64,000 nucleotides of DNA from Eledone cirrhosa (GCA_964016885.1 OZ024744.1:98828001-98892000), one strand, 5' to 3'; counted from the first letter of the stretch, positions 12,752 through 25,272 are shown. Translations and numbers: made by a program. The notes: generated by a model not told the origin, from the sequence alone.

Positions 12752-13265
12752 AAACTAGCTGAGGTAATACCCGGGAGCAGGGGGTATTCCCAGTTCCCAT
12801 TAAAATGCCCAATGCCTCTCAAACCAAAAATGAAATCAAAATATAGGACAGATAATGAAAAGCGAAGACAAATTCTTTTACGAAACAATAATACAAACAA
12901 ATATTGCTGATTGCATTGGTCAGGCGAAAAAATGTTTGTCAGAGAAGTTGAGTGTTGTTATAAGGAAAAAAATAGAACCCCTATTAGGGTGTCTTAATAT
13001 TATTGAAATTTGCTGAAATTTTATGAATAAGGCATCATATCCTGTCATTTACCTATGGTTTAAATTTCATATAAATCGAAGGGAAAACATTTTCAGCAGG
13101 GGTTTGAGCCCCTGGGGAACCCTTTGATTAAAATGAAATATACGTAAGAAATCAAATGGGCATGAACCCCACACACGTGTCAAGTTTCATCAAGATCGGT
13201 TTGGTAGTTTTTGAGTTTTAGGTTCACAAACAAACGGACTGAAATTGCCATTTATGTATAAAGAT
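12752..13265 (+). mobile_element. Non-autonomous Helitron/Helentron-like element
   Basis: AACTAG...ACCCGG start and AAGTTTCATCAAGATCGG...ACAAACAAAC...TTTATGTATAAAGAT end, resembling invertebrate Helitron-like repeats. Confidence 0.55.
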
Positions 13266-13504
13266 GAGTGGCCACACAGATTGTTCTAAAGTTCTCTTAA
13301 TCTTCTGGATGCTCCAGGTGCATTATTTTGTCAATAGAGTTATCTCCCATTAATATATAATGCAGTGTCAAGGGAAGCAATTCATAAAAATTTCTAGCAT
13401 GCTAAAGATTAAGCACCACTCTGGTGGCAAGCCTATCTAGAGCTCTATAAATCTCCAAACAAAGTAACATAACAGAGCTTCTGTTACAGTTTTGAAATTG
13501 GGGA

Positions 13505-14280
13505 AGGGCTTGGCAGTATCGGTAGAAGGTCGGACGCCATGGTTTGCAGCATAGAGGTATGGCCCTTTATGATCTTAGTTCAAATCCCACTGAGTTTCAC
13601 TTTGCCTTTCATCCTTACAGGGTCGATAAAATAAAGTACCAGTAATGCACTGGGTAATTGCTGGCCTTGTGCCAAAAGTAGAAACAATTATTAGGTGGAT
13701 TGGCAGTATCGGTAGAGGGTTGGGCGCCATGCTTTGAAGCATAGAGTTACCTCCCTTTATGATCTGAGTTCAAATCCCGCCGAGGTTAACTTTGCCTTTC
13801 ATCCTTACGGGGTCGATAAAATAAAGTACCAGTAATGCACTGGTGTCGATTTATGGCCTGGTGCCAAAAGTAGAAACAATTATTATTCTTATTAGGATGG
13901 TCGATTGGCAGTATCGGTAGATCGTCAGACGCCATGGTTCACAGCATAGAGTTACGGCCCTTTACGTTCTGAGTTCAAATCATGTCACGGTTAACTTTGC
14001 CTTTCATCCTTACGGGGTCGATAAAATAAAGTACCAGTAATTTACTGGGGTTGATTTAATCGACTTTCCTCTCCCCTTCAAATTACTGGCCTTGTGCCTA
14101 AAGTAGAAATAATTGTTTCTACTTTTGGCACAAGGCTAGCAATTATCCCAGTGCATTACTGGTACTTTATTTTATCTTCCCAGTAAGGATGAAAGGCAAA
14201 GTTAACCTCGGCGAGATTTGAACTCAGAATAGCAAGGGCCGTAACTCTATGTGTCTACCGATACTGCCAATCCACCACCT
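13505..14280. mobile_element. Cluster of four tRNA-derived SINEs (family A); three on +, the last inverted
   Basis: A-box-like TGGCAGTATCGG, B-box GAGTTCAAATC, core GCCTTTCATCCTTACGGGGTCGATAAAATAAAGTACC, tail GGCCTTGTGCCTAAAGTAGAAACAATT. Confidence 0.9.
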
Positions 14281-14609
14281 TAAAGTAAAAATAATAATTA
14301 TTATTAAACCAATACGAGACTAAGAAAGAAATTAAAAACATGATCATACTAACATATTTAATTTTTTGACTAACAAAACTTTAAGTTCATTCAACAAATG
14401 TCCTCATTGTTGGAAGGGCTTAAACTCCAAAAGCCCCTTAGTGTTGGAAGGCTTGCATAATATAGGATTAAATCAAATGTCTCCCTTTTTTTTACTAGCA
14501 ACCACCATAGAAATATAAAATACAACCAACCCTTACTAAAAGTCTAAAGTCTGTCTGAAGTCGGAAGGCTCACCAGGCCAGTGCTTATCCCAGCTTCTGT
14601 GGCATGAAG

Positions 14610-15030
14610 GGGGTCACCATTTATAACGTGGATTACGTGTCGCTGGAAATATCAATATAGTTATCGATTCAGAAGGCAATGACGAAAACGACATAATCCA
14701 TTATAACAAACATTCCCTTTTATTTGTTGTACAAATATGGAATCGAAATAACAAGAGAAGGTTGAGCAAGTCTTCATATCGTGTTGGCTGCATATTCCAG
14801 TGGAGATGTGAAAGAATGTGGCATATCAAATGTCGGACGTCTTGATGCTAGCAGGTCGTTCAGTGAACTCTGTGTCTCTCTGCGCTGTCAGCCAACTGTG
14901 TCTCTGGTCCAAGTAGTCCAGCAACGCTTCTCGATTTGCTGAGGGCCCTGATTGGCTCCACTTCAGCCAATTTACCTCTGTGACACCATTCTTCAGCCAA
15001 AGGAAAATACATTTAATTCTGTTCACTACA
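14610..15030 (-). mobile_element. Isolated Gypsy-type LTR with an attached PBS, inside a SINE
   Basis: Minus strand reads TGTAGTG...AATAAA...CGTTATA-AA-TGGTGACCCC. The flanks match the uninterrupted SINE near 41000-41270. Confidence 0.65.
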
Positions 15031-15942
15031 AGACTTCCTCACTAGACAGGACGCCCGTTCATCACAGGGTTAAACTCCCAGTTACTGCTGGTACTCATTT
15101 CAAGCGGTGCTTGACTGTTCCAGTACCTTAGCCTCGTCGTCACCCAGTCTTACTGAGGTGTCAGATGATGCCCGTGAAGGGCGCCTGACTGGTCCAGCAC
15201 TTTAGCCTCGCCGTCTTGCAGCCTTACTGAAGTGTCAGGTGATGCCTATGAGGGTGCTTGGTTGTTCCAGCATCTCAGCCTCGCCATCACCTGTTGTAAC
15301 GCTGCCAGTGTTTTAGCTTGCCTCAAACATTTCCGATGACTCTCGTGGTGTGTGACCGATTGACGCACTTGGAAGTGAATTGGAGGGAGGGGGGGGGGTT
15401 CTCTCACTTTTATTATATATTTTTGTATATTATATTTATAAGGTTTCTAGCAATAATTAATTGTTTAAGGGGGTCGATAAAATAAAGTACCAGTAATGCA
15501 CTGGAATAATTGTCGGCCTTGTGCCTAAAGTAGAAACAAATATTAAGTTACTAACTTTTCTTCACAAAACAAGAACAAAAATAAAAAGTTTACGATAGAA
15601 ACTGGTGAAATTCCATTGGTAATTAGTGTTCACCCAGAATTTTCTTACGCGACCCATTCCCCACCTGAGCACCAAAGCCTCACGGTGTGTCTGCCGGTAC
15701 TTGATTGATCAACCTGCTAGGATAAAACAAACGACAAACAAAAACATACACACTCCTCACAAACACCACTATTAAAAAGGAAAAGCCAATTTATATTATA
15801 GTACCGGATACATTTTCTGAAAATGTTGGGATGGTCATGGCAGGTACGCTTTGAACACATGCCAGTTCTGGGACCGGTATTAAAATTTCTATATAGCATC
15901 ATTATAGATGTAAATGGAATTATAACAAAGGTTGATCTGTCC

Positions 15943-16200
15943 CCAGGGTTCCATTTAGACCTGAGGGGGGGCCCGGGGCACTTTCAGGGTGGGGGGGTCA
16001 TCATACACAAACAATTAGAATACACAGCACCCCCCACCCCCACCCCATAATTTTACATATCAAAGTTAGCTTGGTGAAGTAATTGGAATTGAAAAGTTAA
16101 ACATACAGGTATTAAATTCAAAAATTCTAACCATCCTAAAACTAAAAAGCCCAGCAGAGGGCCCGAGACAATTGCTCCACCACCATTAAATCCGGCCCTG
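15943..16200. mobile_element. MITE, class uncertain
   Basis: Imperfect TIRs CAGGGTTCCATTTAG / TTAAATCCGGCCCTG with subterminal GGGCCCG motifs. Confidence 0.45.
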
Positions 16201-17549
16201 TCTGGGTCTAATCAGGGATACGGACAAAAACCACTATATAAAATCTTAGTACAACCCCCCCCCCCCTACACACACCTTTATAAGACAAAACTACCACATA
16301 ATAAAAAATAATAAAACAGAAAAAAATAAAACGAACCTTTTTATAGCTTTTAATAAGTAATATTTTGAAATGAAATTTACCTGATAAAAAATAACCTAAA
16401 ATTTAAATTGTTTTATTTTTACGGTGAGGATTTTGTCGGGTGGGGGTTTTGTCATGGATCCGTCCTAAACAACAGCATAAAAGTTGAAGCAATGTTTCAA
16501 AATCAACGTGTCATATTTAATTAATCAAACTTTCTTTTCCCGTTTAAGAATATCTGTAGCTGTTGTTACCGGTATTCTTTCATTTTATGATCAGAGAGAA
16601 CCCCCGGTAATTCCCATGAATAATAATGGCAATTTTTTAAAAAATGTTTTAATTTGATAAATGTAATCTTAATGTACACCTTCGAAAATTTTCCTCTGGG
16701 AAATAAGAATTAAGAAAGTTATGAGGAAATAGTCTAGTAACGGGGCACTAGACTGTAGTTATGTACATACACACACATACACAAATATAGACACATGCTT
16801 AAACACATATACACATACAAATGGTAACATAACTACGGCTTAGTTGCCCCACCTGATTTTTGTTTCCTCATAACTTTCTTAATGTATACTTTGCCGAAAT
16901 ATATTTTCCAAGCTTACAATTAGGATGAGGTTTATACAATTAAAAGAAGAAAGAAGGAAAGTCATTTTCCCGCACGGAAATTACTGGAGGCTGTACGTTA
17001 TCTTAAAACGAAGGATTACTCTTGATACCTAATGACAATAGTTTTTAAACATTTCTGAGAATTTTAATCATATATAATTTTATTTGATGTGACTCAGATT
17101 AGCTCTAATTAAGACATCTATAACGAAAGATTGTAACACTCCCATCTTTTTATATATTCAAGTCCACGTAAACGATAGTTTTTTTTTTCTTTCTTAAACT
17201 ATATTATTTGACTGCGATTTATAGTAGTCCGTCCGATCGTAGCAGCTACCTCATAATTATAGGTATTACGTTCATGTGTATAGTTATAATTATTTTACAC
17301 GTCTAACTAAGCCATAATTTATTTTAAACCTGTAATGTCCGATATCGTTTACATTATCCGATTAGTTGGGATCGACAAATAAAGACGAAAAAAGTCCCAA
17401 GACTAAAAATGAATCATTTCCATTTTAATTAAGATAGTTGCTTTCCTCGCACATTGCAGGCTTTGGGTAGAGAGATGATAGTTGTTCTTTTCTTTTCTTG
17501 TTATAACTAAATCAAAGATGTAGAAAAATTCTTGCACCCAGCTGTCTAG

Positions 17550-17730
17550 GAGGGCCGGCTGAAAAGTTGATAGGCTGACGATGAAAGAGTGATGCTATGC
17601 TAGGGCTGTGAAATCTTATTAATAACAACACGTTGTTTCTTTCCAGGAACTATGTTGGAAAATAAACCTCATTTTGGTCATTACATGAGAGTATTTTGGT
17701 CAGCCTAAGAATGTTTCAACCGACCGTATA
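17550..17730. mobile_element. Tc1/mariner-like MITE
   Basis: Imperfect TIRs GGCTGAAAAGTTGATAGGCTGAC / GTCAGCCTAAGAATGTTTCAACC; second copy at about 23695-23895. Confidence 0.65.
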
Positions 17731-17895
17731 TATAAAACATTTTAAATTAAGAATTAAAGAACTCTTATAATACAAAGATATTAGTAATATATATATATAA
17801 TGGTTTGCACTGTTCGCAAAAGATGCGCAAATATATGGTAAAACGAACATAAATTAATATCTTAGCAATTAATTCTTACAAATAGAAATATTTAC

Positions 17896-17947
17896 CCTTG
17901 GAAATGGCTCTTTTAGGATATACGACAGACAGAAGTTTTGCAGCCAT
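17896..17947 (-). CDS. Putative first coding exon MAAKLLSVVYPKRAISK (mitochondrial-presequence-like)
   Basis: Kozak-like AACCATGG, basic peptide with no acidic residues, GTAAAT donor in phase 1, unique non-repetitive context. Confidence 0.6.
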
Positions 17948-17949
17948 GG

Positions 17950-18325
17950 TTGCAGGAAATTTTCTAAATACTATTGAAGTTTATTTGCGATAATTTATTG
18001 CAAAAAGGATATTTGATAATAAAACCTCTGAGTGTTTGCTTTGGATATCGCATAAAAAAAAAGGTGTTGGCCCGGTTTGAAAATGGCATATATAAAACAA
18101 TATTAACAAAACAAAGAAAATTAACTAAAATAATATGCTGAGTTAAACAAATATTGAAAATTTATTTTGTCACTTTAATTTTACCGACAGTAAATGAGAG
18201 ACAATGTTTAATAATTAAAAGCCGGTGTACCACACACCCCCTTTTTTCAAATTTCTCTTGGTTTGGTCCACATCACGTGACTGCTTGCGCGAAAGAAATA
18301 TTGCGAGGAAAGAAGCGAATTCGAT
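17950..18325 (-). promoter_or_regulatory. Candidate promoter/5' UTR of the minus-strand gene
   Basis: TCACGTGA E-box (about 18273) next to an E2F-like GCGCGAAA (about 18287), with local CpG enrichment upstream of the ATG. Confidence 0.4.
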
Positions 18326-18529
18326 TTTTAATCCACTTTCGTTTTATACCTGTTGGTCTCAGCTTGACCTTTCGTCTTCCTTAGGCAGATTAATAAAGTA
18401 CCAGTCTAATACCGGCGTTGATTCTTTTTTTCCCCACTCTCTCCTCTGGAAGACATCAACTGTGTTGTAACAGAATGGTGGGCACCGACAGGTTTAAAAT
18501 ACCTACGGCACCACCAACAGAATATATAT

Positions 18530-18670
18530 ATAACAAAGAAAGTGAGATAAGAAACCAGGTGGACCATAACGCACCACAGTGCTCGATAATTAGAGTAGGT
18601 AATAGGAAAAGTTCGGATCTAGCTGTCGAAACGGCCGGAGCTCAGCCGTCGGGGTCCCGACTCTTTTCCT
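18530..18670. mobile_element. Penelope-like pLTR fragment with an inversion, in (TA)n; 3' half of a hammerhead
   Basis: GAAACGGC-CGGAGCTCA-GCCGTC-GGGGTC; homologous to 25930-26180. Confidence 0.55.
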
Positions 18671-18969
18671 ATATATATATATATATAAAGAAAAAGATGG
18701 GGAGAAGATGATCTGACTAAAACGATGATTTAGTTCAAAGTTTTATCATTCGAATTCGAAAGGATGATAAACCGGATACTCAAAAGAACTTAGAAAGAAA
18801 AAAAAAGGGAAACAGCAACTTAATTAAAAACGAAACCCACAAAAATGGGGAACGTAAAGAAATTACTTGGGTTTCTTAATTTATCGAAACGAATAATTTT
18901 TTGTTTTAGCATGGCTATATTTTCTACCCTCAATTTTTTTCATATTAAGGAGGATTTTAAAACTTACCC

Positions 18970-19007
<38 letters not shown>

Positions 19008-19036
19008 TTCATTTATAAAAAGGCTAAAAAGTGAAT

Positions 19037-19081
19037 TTTGTTACCCTGGAGTTTCGCCTGTTTATCAGGGTCATCAGACAA
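19037..19081 (-). ncRNA. Minimal type-I hammerhead ribozyme
   Basis: UUGU-CUGAUGA-C-CCUG-AUAAA-CAGG-C-GAAA-C-UCCAGG-GUA/ACAA; helices I and II form. Confidence 0.7.
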
Positions 19082-19384
19082 GAACATTCTTGTCTGATGA
19101 CCCTGTGATAAACTCCAGAGTAACAAAGTCCACTTTTTAGCCTTAAAATAAAAGAATATTAAATACTGAGGTATTGAGTACTCCTTTCTCTCAGCCGTCA
19201 ACCACATGCGTAAAATTTTAAATGATGTTTCTATTGCAATTAATCGATGAAAACGTTATTACAAATGAAAACATTAATATACAATAAAAAGAGGCTGAGC
19301 TAAAAAGATCCTCCACATCCGTTTATGTTGGGGGGTGAGGGTAGGTTAAAAATCCACGTATAAAAAGGGGTGGGGGTGGGGCTG

Positions 19385-19717
19385 TTAAAATTTCACGCTA
19401 AAACGAAACTTATTCGTTTCGGTAATTCAGGAAAGCCGAGTTACATTTTACAATCTCCATTGTTGCCGGTTTCTTTCTTAAATTATTCTACTTTTCTTTT
19501 TTAAATTTTACCGAATTCAATAATATACCTTATTTGCTGTCCTATTGGACGCACCTTTTGTTTTTCCTCCACAAAACATATTTAAAATCTTCCCTGCGTC
19601 CAATACGTACGTATCACTGATGGGAGGCCGAAAGTGAGGACATCTTGGTTAAAAACATTTAGTTAGTATTACTGAATTAGCGAAACGAATAAGTTTCGTT
19701 TTAGCGTGGCATTTTAA
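19385..19717. mobile_element. MITE with about 35-bp TIRs
   Basis: TTAAAATTTCACGCTAAAACGAAACTTATTCGTTTCG / CGAAACGAATAAGTTTCGTTTTAGCGTGGCATTTTAA. Confidence 0.7.
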
Positions 19718-19799
19718 CCCCCCCCCCTCCCCAAGCCCACGTTAAATACTAGGATCGAGTGATGTGTAAAAGCGACGACATTCTTGGGGAAACTCTGGG

Positions 19800-20580
19800 A
19801 GTCGACGATAATCAACTAGCCATTCTCTTCATTAGGACTTGGATAACTTCCAGAAATCCCTGGTCTGGCAATGCTACCATGGAACATTGCCAGTTTGATA
19901 TAAACTTTACAGGCATGGAAGTGCCATCAGCTGGGCCTGTCCGAGATGCACACAGGGCGACGAAAGAAACCATCGTACACACACTCGTCTGAGCATTGCT
20001 GACTTGTGTGCTTATGTCGAACACCGACTGTCACATGTAGGACAGATACAACTATCGTCTGAGTCCATCATCAAGATTGCCCTGCTGCCCTTCTTTTGCC
20101 AGGAAGGGTAGGCTGTTTTTGTCAGTCTGGCGAAATAGATTGTATGGTAGTGACACCTGAAAGGGTTGAAGACAGGTAGTTTCCTCTTTGGCAACACCCT
20201 GATAAACTTCTTCAGTTTCACTTGAAGAGGAAGATCAGGGGGGAGAAAGAAGTCCTGTCTTCCAGTCACTTTATTGAAAGGTGGATGAGAGAAGCAAAAC
20301 TGGCCCGAGTGAATGGGCCTGCTCTAAATGTGTGTCTGTAGATTGAAGGAGGAGACCTAGGAGAGGCACTTGCCCTGGTGGTCAGGCTGACTATGGCTTT
20401 TTATAGACTTTCTCCATGAGTGACCAACAGAAGTCTTCCCCTATTGGGAAATTTTTTTGTTACATCCTTTGTTTTTGTTTTATGTTTGTTTTTATCTGCA
20501 GAAACCCCTATTTGTACCATCCTGTGCTGTCCTTAATGTTATCCTTTTGTAAACCCTTGTGGTTAATAAAGAAAACATTA
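19800..20580 (+). mobile_element. L1/Tx1-like LINE 3' fragment
   Basis: PVRD and ETIVHTLV Zn-knuckle remnants; T-rich 3' UTR ending AATAAAGAAAA. Confidence 0.55.
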
Positions 20581-20837
20581 TTACTATTATCGACCCCGTA
20601 ATGATGACAGGTAAAGCCAAGACTCACTTTACCTTTCATTCTTACAGGGTCAATAAAATAAAGCACCAGTAATGTACTGGGTCGATTTAATCGACTTTTG
20701 CCTCCTCCAAAATTGCTGGCCTTGGGCCTAAAGTAGAATCGATTATTATTATTGTTGTTGTTGTTGTAGAATTTTTAGAACATTGAACAAAAATTTCTTG
20801 ATGTAATTAGTTACAACCTTTTATGGTCTGAGTAATG

Positions 20838-21055
20838 AAGGCGTGTGGCTGAGTGGTTAGAGAATTGGATTCACAACCGTGAGGTTGTAAGTTCGATTCC
20901 TGGACCGAGTGATGCGTTATGTCCTTGAGCAAGACACTTTATTTCACGTTGCTACTTCTACCTGGAGTTGCAACCGATAGAAAGTTATAGCAATTGGAAA
21001 GACCAACGGAAAAATTGTTTTCTCGGTCCAATTTGACGAAAGTCGATCGACTATA
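20838..21055 (+). mobile_element. tRNA-derived SINE (family B)
   Basis: GTGGCTGAGTGG A-box, GTTCGATTCC B-box, GTCCTTGAGCAAGACACTT core; inverse copy at 11670-11887. Confidence 0.8.
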
Positions 21056-21064
21056 TATATATGT

Positions 21065-21567
21065 TCTGAGTCAGCGTGCAATGACATGCACGCCATATGG
21101 ACATCTCAACTTACCAACAAGCTAAAACTGGAAATATTCCAAGCAACCATTAAGCCCATATTACTTTATGGATCCGAAACTTGGACACTAACATCACAAC
21201 TTGAGAGGAGATTGGATGGCACATATACCCGCCTCTTAATGAGAGTGCAAAACCTATCCTGGAAACGACATCCCACCTTGTTTAAAATCTATGGCAAACT
21301 CCCTCGAGCCTCTGCCCTTCTAAAATCCCAGAGAGCTCAATTTGCTGGCCACTGTCACCGTGCCAGCAATGAAATCATATCCGCTCTCTTGCTCTGGAAC
21401 CCTGACTCCAGCCTGACTAGGAGTAGGAAGCTGTCATTCCCTGACGTTATCTCTAGGGATACGGGAATCAGTAGACAGGACCTGGGGGAAGCGATGGGGG
21501 ACTCTGGGGCATGAGAGTGAGAGCCATCATCTCGACAGTAGTCGACGAATGATGATGATGATGATAT
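21065..21567 (+). mobile_element. RTE/RTEX-like LINE 3' fragment with a (GAT)n tail
   Basis: ILLYGSETWTLT, RRLDGTYTRLL and FAGHCHR. Confidence 0.85.
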
Positions 21568-21945
21568 TCTGAGTTCAAATTCTGCCAAAATCAGCTTTCC
21601 ATAGTTCATCTTTTTTATGGAGCTGCCATTATGGATCAAGTGATGAGCAAATGTTAGCTCCTGGCATCTGGAATGTTGTCGAGATACTCACAGTTCTCTA
21701 CCAGCCCAGCCAGGCAAGAAGGTAGTAAGTACATCAACCATTTTATTTCATGGAAGGGGCAAAGAGGAGGGGGGGGGGTTAATAGCAAGCAAGAGGATCA
21801 ACTGGAACATCCCATTCCAGAGGATGATGGACAACTTCCAGAAATTCCTAGCCTGGCAGTACAAACTAACACAGCATTGCTAGTAATGGACGACCTCTAC
21901 ATGTACAGTAGTAACACCATCAGTTCAAGCCTGTTTGTGATGTGA

Positions 21946-22029
21946 TGTGTGCCATAGAAAAGTAGTTTGCAGCCCATGGGCCACATATTTGTGACCCATG
22001 GGTTGCAAACTACTTTTCTATGGCACACA
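21946..22029. repeat. Near-perfect hairpin with about 40-bp arms
   Basis: TGTGCCATAGAAAAGTAGTTTGCAGCCCATGGG / CCCATGGGTTGCAAACTACTTTTCTATGGCACA. Confidence 0.85.
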
Positions 22030-22094
22030 GTAGAGCATTGAAAAATAAAAAAAACTGTCCCCTACATTTTCAAGTAATTCACATATACTTAAGG

Positions 22095-22587
22095 AGTCGA
22101 TAAAATAACGTACCAGTAATGCACTGGGATAATTGCTGGCCTTGTGCCTAAAGTAGAAACAATTATTATGTAGGAGCGGTTGATTGGCAGTATCGGTAGA
22201 GGGTCGGACGCCATGCTTTGCAGCATAGAGTTACGCCCCTCTATGGTCTGAGTTCAAATCCCGCTGAGGTTAACTTTGCCTTTCATCCTTACGGGGGTGG
22301 GGGGGGGGGGGTTGATAAAATAAAGTACCAGTAATGAACTAGGGTAATTGCTGGCCTTGTGCCAAAAGTAGAAACAATTATTATATATGGATTGGCAGTA
22401 TCGATAGAGCATCAGACACCATGCTTTGAAGCATAGAGTTATGGCCCTTTACGTTCTGGGTTCAAATCTCGCCGAGGTTAACTTTGCCTTTCATCCTTAT
22501 GGGGGGGGGGGGGGGTCGATAAAATAAAGTACCCGTAATACACTGGGATAATTGCAGGCCTTGTGCCTAAAGTAGAAACAATTATTA
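22095..22587 (+). mobile_element. Tandem family A SINEs with poly-G expansions
   Basis: Same consensus as 13505-14110. Confidence 0.85.
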
Positions 22588-22740
22588 AGTAAATAGCAGC
22601 TGTATTGCAGATTAGCATTATGACTGACAGAAATAATAGGATGGTAAGGGAGATGATGTTGAACAGCTGTTGTTGCATATAGGACAGATCCAGCTCTCCC
22701 CATGTTGCTTTCCTTTGTCTTCTGTCTTGATGGCCTTAAG

Positions 22741-22774
<34 letters not shown>

Positions 22775-23062
22775 AGTCTACATAGTTGCCAAGTCCTTGA
22801 GATAAACATTTTTTCTTCTGTGGTCAGCCTTCATAAACCTTTTCAGTTTCATGTGGACAGGGAGAAGCTGAATGTCTTGCTTGAATGGGACTACTCTCAG
22901 TATATGTCTGTAGATCAGGGAACACAACTTTGTAGTCAGGGAAATCCTAGCCAATAGATTTTTCAGCCAACTGTTGTATATATGTATATATATTGCTCTA
23001 CGTGAATTCATAATCGTTCATAATAGGATTTCATACTTTTTTTTATAAAATTGTATGAAGCC

Positions 23063-23415
23063 TTCATTTCATTTCATTTCATTTCATTTCATTTTACGTC
23101 CACTTTTCCCTGCTTGCAAGGGTGGGACGGGAACTGATTCTGGCTTGATTTCTACAGCTGGATGCCCTTCCTAACACCAACCTCATTTACTGTGAGTGCT
23201 GGGTGCTTTTTTGCCGTGGCACCTCCACGACCACTTTGCAGTGGAATGATATGGACCCCAGTCCCTATCATCTCATTTCTACAGCTGAGTAAACTGGAGC
23301 AATGTGAAATAAAGTGTCTTGCTCAAGGAAACAACACACCACCCGGTCTGAGAATTGAACTCACAACCTTTCGATTGCAAGGCCAATGCTCTAACCACTA
23401 AGCCATGTGCCTCCA
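23063..23415 (-). mobile_element. Composite SINE (tRNA head plus RTE-type tail)
   Basis: Near-identical to 11962-12295, 35640-35978 and the + strand copy at 61710-62065. Confidence 0.85.
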
Positions 23416-24568
23416 AATGGCTTAGTGTATGTAAAAAATCCCATATTTTTGAGCTGTATAACTTCACCTACAATCATTTGCTTTCATATTTGAAATCATA
23501 AATGTATATGTATATACCATCATCACCGTTTAACGCCCATTTTCCATGCTAGCATGGGTTAGATAGGTCGTCCAAGTCATGAGACAAGTCTGGCCAGATT
23601 GGCCGTGCTGTACCATGCTCAGATGGAACTGTAAATTTGGCTGGGATTTCTACAGCTGGATGCCCTTCCTAACATCAACCACATTCACAAATATAAGAAT
23701 CGGCTGAAAAATTCATAGGCTGACTATGAAGGATTAATGCTAGGGCTGTGAAATCTTGCATGCATTAATTTAAACTCTTGTTATTAATAATTGCCTTGTT
23801 TCTTTCTAGGAGGGACTATGTTAAAAAATAAATCTCATTTAGTCATTCTATGAGAGAATCTTGGTCAGCCTATGAACTTCTCAGCCAACCCTCATATGTT
23901 CACACAGCCAATAGTATCAAATAACAGTGATCAGTTGTTTGATGACCTGACAATCTGTATCTAAGTCTGGGTTATGAAGGATCAATACTGCTCAATACAA
24001 CCAGTATTGTTAACACATACATGGAGAGGAGTTGTTCTCTTTAATCTTTAAAATCCTTTATCATGCTACAACTGTAATGTTAGTAGGTCATCATAAAAGA
24101 TAAGTAAACTGCTGAAAAGAAAGGTTTATTTTCTTTAGAAAGACACATAGTACACATAAACACAGCTTAACCGTTAACCCTTTCATTATCATGTTACTAA
24201 TAAAAGAAGCTATGTTTCAAATAATTTAATATTATATCTTTCTCATTATTAAGTTGGTGTTTAGAATAGAACTTAAAGGTTCTTACATAAAAATATGATA
24301 GAAGTTTTTTTTTTTTTAGATAAATATAAATATTTAAAAAAATAAAAAGTTTTGTATCACAGAATCAGGGGACAGTTTAAGGTGGTTTGGTATCAAAAGG
24401 GTTAAATATGTTACCCTATAATTAAAATAATATTTAATGTGGAAAGTGATATATGTAAGAAGGCTAAAACACTGCAAAATGGACAGTAAGATGAAGGTAA
24501 CGAAAATGTTTGTTACCTGGTAATCTTTGGGGGAGTTTTTTCCATACTAAAATAGTATTGCTTTTTAA

Positions 24569-25132
24569 CCCTTTAGCATTTACACTACTCTATATTTACT
24601 ATTGTATTTTCATGGTAAATATTTTATTTCACATAATTATCTCACATAATATCGAAACAAGATTTTGATATTTATTTTCAGAACAATACCTTAACATTAG
24701 TATGAGCAGCCGGTTATGGCCGGTTTGAATAGAAAGAGGTGAGAGAATTCTGGCTGGATACATCCGGTTTAAATGCTAAAGGGTTAACATAAGTATGAGC
24801 AGTCAGTTACAGCTGGTTTCAACAGAAAGAGGAGAGAGAATTCTGGCTGGATACATCCAGTTTAAATGCTAATGGGTTAACATAAGTATGAGCAGCTGGT
24901 TATGGCCAGTTTAACCCTTTAGCATTTACACTACTCTATATTTACTACTGTATTTTTGTGGTAAAGGCTTTATCTTACATAATTATCTCACAAAATATTG
25001 AATCTATGAGATTTTGATATTTATTTTGAGAACAATACCTTAACATCAGTATGAGCAGCCAGTTACAGCCAGTTTGAACAGAAAGAGGTGAGAGAATCCT
25101 GGCTGGATTTGGCCGGTTTAAATGCTAAAGGG
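24569..25132. mobile_element. Two piggyBac-like MITEs (24569-24783, 24915-25132) with partial duplications between them
   Basis: TTAA target sites and CCCTTTAGCATTTA / TAAATGCTAAAGGG TIRs. Confidence 0.85.
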
Positions 25133-25227
25133 TTAAATAAAGAAACAATAACACAAATTCAACAATAAAATAATACTGATCTTGGAAAAGAAATTTATTG
25201 TCATAGTTATTTTTTTTACACAGTAGC

Positions 25228-25272
<45 letters not shown>

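Noticed and set aside
13505-14110. tRNA genes
   Set aside because: A and B boxes are present but there is no cloverleaf; these are SINE heads.
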